NCBI GenBank assembly: GCA_964106915.2
Contig: OZ066924.1
DNA length: 64,000 bases
Source of the DNA: Podarcis gaigeae
Lineage: Eukaryota
Reading direction: 5' to 3' (one strand)
In this document: positions 27,218-64,000 of the stretch, one piece after another
Numbering within the stretch: the stretch's first letter is position 1
Layout: every line of letters begins with the position of its first letter
The notes under the pieces: generated by a model
What the model saw: only the letters and a program-made list of their open reading frames with translations
Told to the model about the DNA's origin: nothing
Database searches by the model: none
Made by a program: the position numbers and the translations under genes

Positions 27218-27599
27218 CATCTTAGAAGCAGAGCCAAAGAGCTGTCCAGCAGCATTTTGACAAGATGCAGTCGCTAGGAAATCATCTTCACAGAGTGACA
27301 TGGAATTGAGTTAAATTAGGTGTTGCAATATTAAGTGCCAAATTGAGCAGTTTTATAGCTGTCTTTGCTGTTCCACCACCTGCTTCCTTTTATTGCACCC
27401 TATCCAGAGCACACACTAGTTTGTTTCCTTCTCTCGAGTAGGTTCAGGGTTGGAGGCTTTGTGATATCAGACATGCACAGATCATCCTGATCTAGACTTC
27501 TACTCTAAATCACCACTGTCTTTACACTGTGGTTTAAGTGTGGAATTTCTGGAGCTTATATGAACCAGTTAAAACATGGAAATGTCTGAATCTGTAGTC

Positions 27600-27927
27600 C
27601 TGTATACCTGAAGGAGCGTCTCCACCCCCATCGTTCAGCCCGGACACTGAGATCCAGCACCGAGGGCCTTCTGGCGGTTCCCTCATTGCGAGAAGTGAGG
27701 CTACAGGGAACCAGACAGAGGGCCTTCTCGGTAGTGGCGCCCGCCCTGTGGAACGCCCTCCCATCAGATGTCAAAGAGATAAAGAATTACCTGACGTTCA
27801 GAAGACATCTTAAGGCAGCCCTGTTCAGGGAAGTTTTTAATATGTAATGCTGTACTGTTTTTAACACTGATTGGGAGCCGCCCAAAGTGGCTGGGGAAAC
27901 TCAGCCAGATGGGCGGGGTATAAATAA

Positions 27928-27973
<46 letters not shown>
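27600..27973 (+). mobile_element. Young 5'-truncated L2-clade LINE
   Basis: Intact ORF2 C-terminus YLKERLHPHRSARTLRSS...RAFSVVAPALWNALP...HLKAALFREVFNM*, 3'UTR, (TTA)n tail, 7-bp TSD TGTAGTC. Confidence 0.88.
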
Positions 27974-27974
<1 letters not shown>

Positions 27975-29140
27975 GTAGTCATACCATATTAAGCATCTTC
28001 CAGGGTGTAGTCTCAGGATATTTGGCAAGCTCCACTAACTCCCCTTGCTCCCTGTACTGGGCTTGGTAATGGGGTTCCCCTGCCCTACAGTTCTGGCTCC
28101 AGGGTCGTGCTGACTAGAAGATGGCAGATTATTGTTGTACACCACAAATGACTCAGCAGTGGGGGCGTAAGTAGAAACCGCATTATGATTTGAAAGCTGG
28201 AAAAAGAACAGAACTGTTAGCTTGAAGAAAGGTCCTTGAATCCCACACAGCAGCTTGGTAACAATGGCACAATTATTATCCCTGGAGAGGCTGCAAAGGA
28301 ATACTGATGTGCAACTGAAGTGGGGAGTTGGATATTGCTTTACAGTAACAGTGTAATAGCCATAATACTGTAATAAGAGATCAAATTTATCAATCATACG
28401 CAATGTATCTGAGAAAGACAATTTTAGTCCTACTGATCATATATTTATTAGAGCACTAAATTGCAAAAATGGGTCACAATTCAGCAGAAGTACGATATCA
28501 ATGGCTTAAACAACGCTAATTCTGCACTGGATTGTGGGCTTCTCATCGTGAGCACTTTTGGGTCAAGTTTCTTTTGTGCAGAGGAGCCGCAAACAGTCTG
28601 GAGTGTCTCCATGTGATTTTACTAACACAACACAGTGCACTTCGTAAAAGGCCGGGTAAGGAAAACGCACTGGAATGGAAAAGAAACCGCGCCCTGGCCA
28701 GAAAACTACGTTTCCCGACAGCCTCCGCACGCCTCGTGCGCACGCGCCGAAAGTCTCCGCCCGCGTCACGTTCCTGCCTCGCGGCGACCAAGAGGAACCC
28801 AAGAAGGACGGCGGGGGAGGTAGGAAGGAGAAGAACTACATTTCCCACCGTCCCCTTTCCCTGTTTTACAACCTAGCAAATGCCGCGCATGCGCCACGGA
28901 GAGGCCTGGCTCCTCAGTTCGCCCGTTGAATCCTCGTAGGTCGGTCAGCGGGCGGCGTGTGGGAGGGGAGAGCCAGACGAGCCAGCGACCTGCGACGGTG
29001 GTGGTGGCGGCGGCGGCAGCGGAATCAGTGAACCCGGAGCAGCAGCTGCAGCAGCAGTAGCGGCGTCGTCCTCGGAGCGGGGCGAGCGCCGGAGGTAGAG
29101 AGTGTGTTTCCACCGCCGCCATTTCTGTCAGCCCGGACTC

Positions 29141-59169
<30,029 letters not shown>

Positions 59170-60375
59170 AAAAAGAAAAGAAAACTGTGTTTGGTGTTAA
59201 CAGAGGCCATTTGTTCTCTGATTTTTTTCTCAATGTCTGTTAAATACATCCAAAAAAGTTAGAAAAATTGCTTTTTGTGTGGCATTCACACCATTTTTTT
59301 TAGGATGTGCAGACTAATTATGGTAGAAAGAGATCACAAATGGAAACTATTCTGACTTCTAGCGGACCCCTCGTTGTTTAGTTTCTAACTTCTAATGTAT
59401 GATTCTTGTTTTCTCTTCTTTACGTTAAGTAGTACAATGTATACTTAAATTCCACTGTATTTAATACAGTGTTTTGTGCTTCAGTTGCTTTGTGTATTTT
59501 GCTCTTTTATTTAGAATTTTAAGTTACCATTGACACAAGCTGTAAGTTGCTTTGTATTAGAAAATGGTAAATACAGTCCTTCACTTAATATTTTATAGAA
59601 GAACACTTTTTGTAAAGTGGGTCTGCAATATTATTTCTCCTAAATGTGAAGCGTTAACACAAACTTATCCTGCTATTTAAGTGCTTTCAATTAAATGTTT
59701 CTGCCAAATCCATGGCATTTGTCTCTTTAGTGATATAATGGTGTACTTAAGACAGATTTGTGTTACTCTAATCAGGTTTGTTGTTAGTTATGCATTAGCA
59801 GTATAAATGCTGAACATACACAGTTTGGTTTTGCTGCAATTTTAGCAACTGCATAATTGATTTTAAAAATTGCATGACTTTGTTTTTAATAGAAGGGCTT
59901 TAAAAAAGTATCAATTTAGGTTTCATGCCTAGGTCTTTGTATGATTGACTTTGATATAGCAAGGCCAAAAAATAAATTTCTGAAATTTTGCCGAAAACAT
60001 TAAGAGGGCATTTTTCCCTTTGGGAAAGAGCTGGCTACTTGTTTTCAGAGAGCTTATCAGTATGGTAGCTCTGAATTAAAATAATTGTTTGCTATATCAG
60101 TGCCTGTGAGATTGCTCCTTTTGCTATTTCCTTACCAAATTATTCAGTAACTTTCATTTTAGGTCTACAACCTGAACGTAGATACCAATATTTCTGGAAA
60201 TTTGAAGGTTGTTAAAGAAAATAGCAGAAAATTATTTGTGGCCATAGTGTATGCTTATGTCTCCTTCAAACAACTAAATATTATAGCAGTGCTGTAATTC
60301 AGGTCTACATCTGGCTGTTGATGTATGCTCTGGTACACAGATGTGATTTGTTACAACACTACAGTGGAATCTGCA

Positions 60376-60397
60376 AATAAAACTAAAATCTATTAAA
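60376..60397 (+). terminator. ZFR: ZFR polyadenylation signals (AATAAA 60376-60381, ATTAAA 60392-60397); upstream AATAAA at 59971-59976
   Basis: Canonical hexamers about 1.2 kb after the stop, followed by a U/GU-rich tract near 60431-60455 and then repeat-rich sequence. Confidence 0.6.
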
Positions 60398-60590
60398 TGA
60401 CTTAACATTCATTATAAACTGAGAACATACACTTTGCTTTGTCTTTCTGAGTGGATTATGCTAGTTTTCAGCACATAGATTTAACACTGGCAACCAGTGG
60501 TGTCCATCCGCCAATGGAATATATTTCCACAGTGGCAGCTTCCCTTTCCTCCCTTCCTCCCCCCTAAATCTGCTACAGATTCATCCATCC

Positions 60591-60807
60591 GAACCAATTA
60601 CAAGAAAGGAGATTCTGACTAAACATCAGGAAGAACTTTGAGAGTAGGTGCTGTTCAACAGTGGAACAGACTTCCTTGTGAGGTGGTAGACTTTCCTTCT
60701 TTGGAGGTTTTTTAGCAGCGGTTGGATGGCCATATGTAATGGATGCATTGCAGGGGGTTGAACTAGATGGCCCTTGAGGTCCCTTCCAACGTACAAAATA
60801 TGATTCT
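60591..60807 (+). mobile_element. CR1 LINE 3' end
   Basis: Similar to 5521-5824 (aaacatcaggaagaacttt...cagtggaacagact...ggttggatggcca...cccttccaac...atgattct). Confidence 0.78.
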
Positions 60808-62496
60808 GTAGGGTTGAGGGGGACCCTCCAGACCAGACTGTAGAGGAGGTTGCAGTAAGTGGGAACCTATGCGATATTTATGTTGCCCGGTGTTCCTAAA
60901 ATTTCTTGAGAAATAGGAAATTGTAAATGGTTGACTGATTTCATCAGAGACTGCCATGTTCTGGCACTCTTCAATTTTTGATAATTGCAAAGCCTTCAGG
61001 CTGTATTTGTTCTAAATTCTTAATATTCATTAACAGACACGTAAGTGCAGTATATTGTACAAAGGGGGAAGTTTTGAAGCTGAATCTTTTGAGCCATGAT
61101 GACTATACCTAAAATATTAAATTTTATTCTCATTTAGGATTTGATGCATCATATTGGCTAGCAGATTGTTGTGAGTGTACCTGGACGTAGTCAGTTTTGG
61201 TAGCACAGAGACTTCAAATGCTGCTGGTTGTGATCTTGAGTGCAAGGGGACTGGTATATTTTTAGAAGCGCATAACTTTTCTAATCATGGGGCATTTTTC
61301 TATCTCAGGCCACATAGCATGTTGCTACTCCCCCCCCCCCCCAAAAAAAAATAATAATCTGTGGTCACATATTTCCATGTCTTCACATTTCTCTTTTTGG
61401 CCTTCACATTATCCTGCTTCTTCAGCTGCTTCAGCATTATAACAATGGAGTAACATTTTAAAATGATTTTTTCCAACACTCATGCACTATAATAATACAT
61501 GCAGGTTGTAGTGTTTTTTTATGCACAGCCTTCGGATTTTAGGCCAAAGTTCTGTTTATTTTTAACAGAGTATGCTAAACATTGGCCCATCATTTAAGAC
61601 AGCATTGGTAACCCGAGCAATAATTAACAGTGCAATCTTCTACATGACCATTTGGGGGGAAATCCCATTGTGCTTAATGGGCCTTGTATTCCTTCCCATG
61701 ACTACCAGTCTGGGTAGGCCAGTTGTGGCAGAGGCACTTAAGTAGGTTGTCAACACACCAGCTTGGGCTCCCTCTACCCCCAGATGGGAGCATTTTTGGG
61801 AATCCGCGGCAAATACCGTACATAGGAGGGAAGGCTGAAAGCACCTAGCCTACCTGGCTGTCCCCTGAGCCCAATGTAGCTTGTTTTTACTCTGTCAAAC
61901 CCCCCACACATAGCATGAACCAAGTCATTTTAGGCATGGGTAGGGTGGGGAATGTCAACTGAGGGAACACACCCAAGACCGCAACAGCCTAGTTTATGAT
62001 GAAAAAGACAGAAGAAACAAGAGGAGGCCAAATGTTGCTTCAAGAAAATGCAAAGAACCTATACTGTTGCATCTACTTACAAAAACTTCTGGTCTCATGT
62101 TGCAGAATAGATGGTCAGCTGAGGGACTTTGGAGGACAAAGGACAGTTGGGCAGTGATCATTGAAATTATTTCTGATCCAAGTGGGGGGACTGAAACCTT
62201 TTGGAGGTTAGATGATGAACTATCAAGGTGTTAACTACTGCATCTTCCTGCGAAATGGAGACTATTCTGTGCTTCGTATATTCTAGAGGAGATGTGCCCT
62301 GGTATACTCTGCCCACATTACAGGGTTCGCCTCCAGGTAAGGGTTCAGGACTGTAGCCTAAGTCTTAAGTACGCTGTTTCCAAATTCCAATAGAATGAGA
62401 ACAAGATTTTCAAGGTGATAAACATTTTTTAATTGCTGGAGAAATTTCTCCAGTTAACAAGACCTCATCTGTTTTAAGTAATCCTACCTGAGTAAA

Positions 62497-62863
62497 GGGA
62501 CGCAGGTGGCGCTGTGGGTTAAAGCCTCAGCGCCTAGGACTTGCCGATCGAAAGGTCGGCGGTTCGAATCCCTGCGGCGGGGTGCGCTCCCGCTGCTCGG
62601 TCCCAGCGCCTGCCAACCTAGCAGTTTGAAAGCACCTCCAGGTGCAAGTAGATAAATAGGGACCGCTTTCTAGCGGGAAGGTAAACGGCGTTTCCGTGTG
62701 CAGCTCTGGCTCGCCAGAGCAGCGATGTCACGCTGGCCACGTGACCCGGAAGTGTCTCCGGACAGCGCTGGCCCCTGGCCTCTTAAGTGAGATGGGCGCA
62801 CAACCCCAGAGTCTGTCAAGACTGGCCCGTATGGGCAGGGGTACCTTTACCTTTACCTTTACC
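62497..62863 (+). mobile_element. Full-length Sauria SINE
   Basis: GGGACGCAGGTGGCGCTGTGG head, B-box GGTTCGAATCC, (ACCTTT)n tail, 12-bp TSD TACCTGAGTAAA. Confidence 0.93.
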
Positions 62864-63323
62864 TGAGTAAAACTTTGACTTGCCTTACTTGCCAGTTTAA
62901 TGAAGAAGTCAATTTCAGACATAATGGCTGCTTTTCAGGAAACAAAGGCTGAACATCTGATAATAATATTACAATGCTATTATGTACTGCTTGATAAGAG
63001 GCACTATGGTGCAAGTCTTATCAGGTGGTCATATTCTGTGATGCAAAAGCTTTACCTGTTGGAGGGAAAGGAATTTGCATACAATCGGGTGTATTACTGC
63101 ACACATTCCAGGACTGAGCTCTTGGTACTCATGACTCTACTTAATATTTATAATTTCGGTCATTCTTCCTAGTGCTACTTAGGGTCAGATTGTTATCCAA
63201 CACAATTATCTCCTCCCAACAAATCCTGTACCACTGTAGTGCCAGAACAACACAAAAAAACCCAGCAGAGACAGGCAGTATCATGTTTGATAATACCATT
63301 TAATAAACTACATTAAACACCTA

Positions 63324-63655
63324 AAGGTAAAGGGACCCCTGACCATTAGGTCCAGTCGTGACTGACTCTGGAGTTGTGGCGTTCATCTCGCTTTTGTCCA
63401 TAGACAGCTTCCGGGTCATGTGGCCAGCATGACTAAGCCGCTTCTGGCGAACCAGAGCAGCGCACGGAAACACGGTTTACCTTCCTGCCGGAGTGGTACC
63501 TATTTATCTACCTGCACTTTGATGTGCTTTCGAACTGCTAGGTTGGCAGGAGCAGGGACCGAGCAACGGGAGCTCACCCCATCGCGGGGATTTGAACCTT
63601 CTAATCAGCAAGTCCTAGGCTCTGTGATTTAACCCACAGCGCCACCCGTGTCCCT
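63324..63655 (-). mobile_element. Sauria SINE
   Basis: Reverse orientation; 16-bp TSD CTACAT(T/G)AAACACCTA. Confidence 0.9.
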
Positions 63656-64000
63656 CTACATGAAACACCTAGCTTTTCCTTAATGTATTGAGCATCATGA
63701 AATCACTCAAGGGACCAAATTATTTAAAAATTCTGTTACATGTCTTCTTTTCCCCCATGATTGTTCTTACTTTAAGTATTCCTTCCTGTTCCCATAACTT
63801 CCTAATTGGCTCTTTCTTGGTTGGTTTCTTTTTTTAACTCTTCCAGTGTCTGGCATACAAAATCCCTGCTAGAGTTAAGTATATAAAGCAGGCGTGGAAA
63901 ACCTTTGTTCCCCCAGATGTTGTTGAACTACAATTCCCATCATCTGGCCATCAATGAGAGACATTGTTATAGACTGCACAAGGTTGGGGAAGAAGATAAG

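Overview
Vertebrate genomic DNA from a squamate reptile, probably a lacertid lizard (judged from Sauria SINEs, tRNA-headed SINEs with CR1 tails, young L2 ends and hAT/Tigger MITEs). It holds two head-to-head housekeeping genes with separate CpG-island promoters about 3 kb apart. SUB1 (PC4) is on the minus strand: non-coding exon 1, four coding exons at 22308-15637, 126 aa. ZFR is on the plus strand at 29141-59169, with 19 of the 20 expected coding exons visible. The exon that should encode [33 protein letters not shown] (exon 16) is missing. Splice phases require it, and it most likely lies in the 212-N gap at 53937-54148. The most interesting signal is in ZFR intron 15. A candidate stop-codon (poison) exon at 51420-51509 and its downstream flank are antisense-complementary to the sequence abutting the gap (12/13 bp visible) and to the missing exon itself (the minus strand reads VKNPSDVL versus ZFR [8 protein letters not shown]). 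This predicts a roughly 100-bp long-range RNA duplex over a 2.3-kb loop in a gene encoding a dsRNA-binding splicing/editing regulator. A second 41-nt candidate cassette exon and a competing helix partner lie nearby. All alignments were done by eye and need computational and experimental confirmation.
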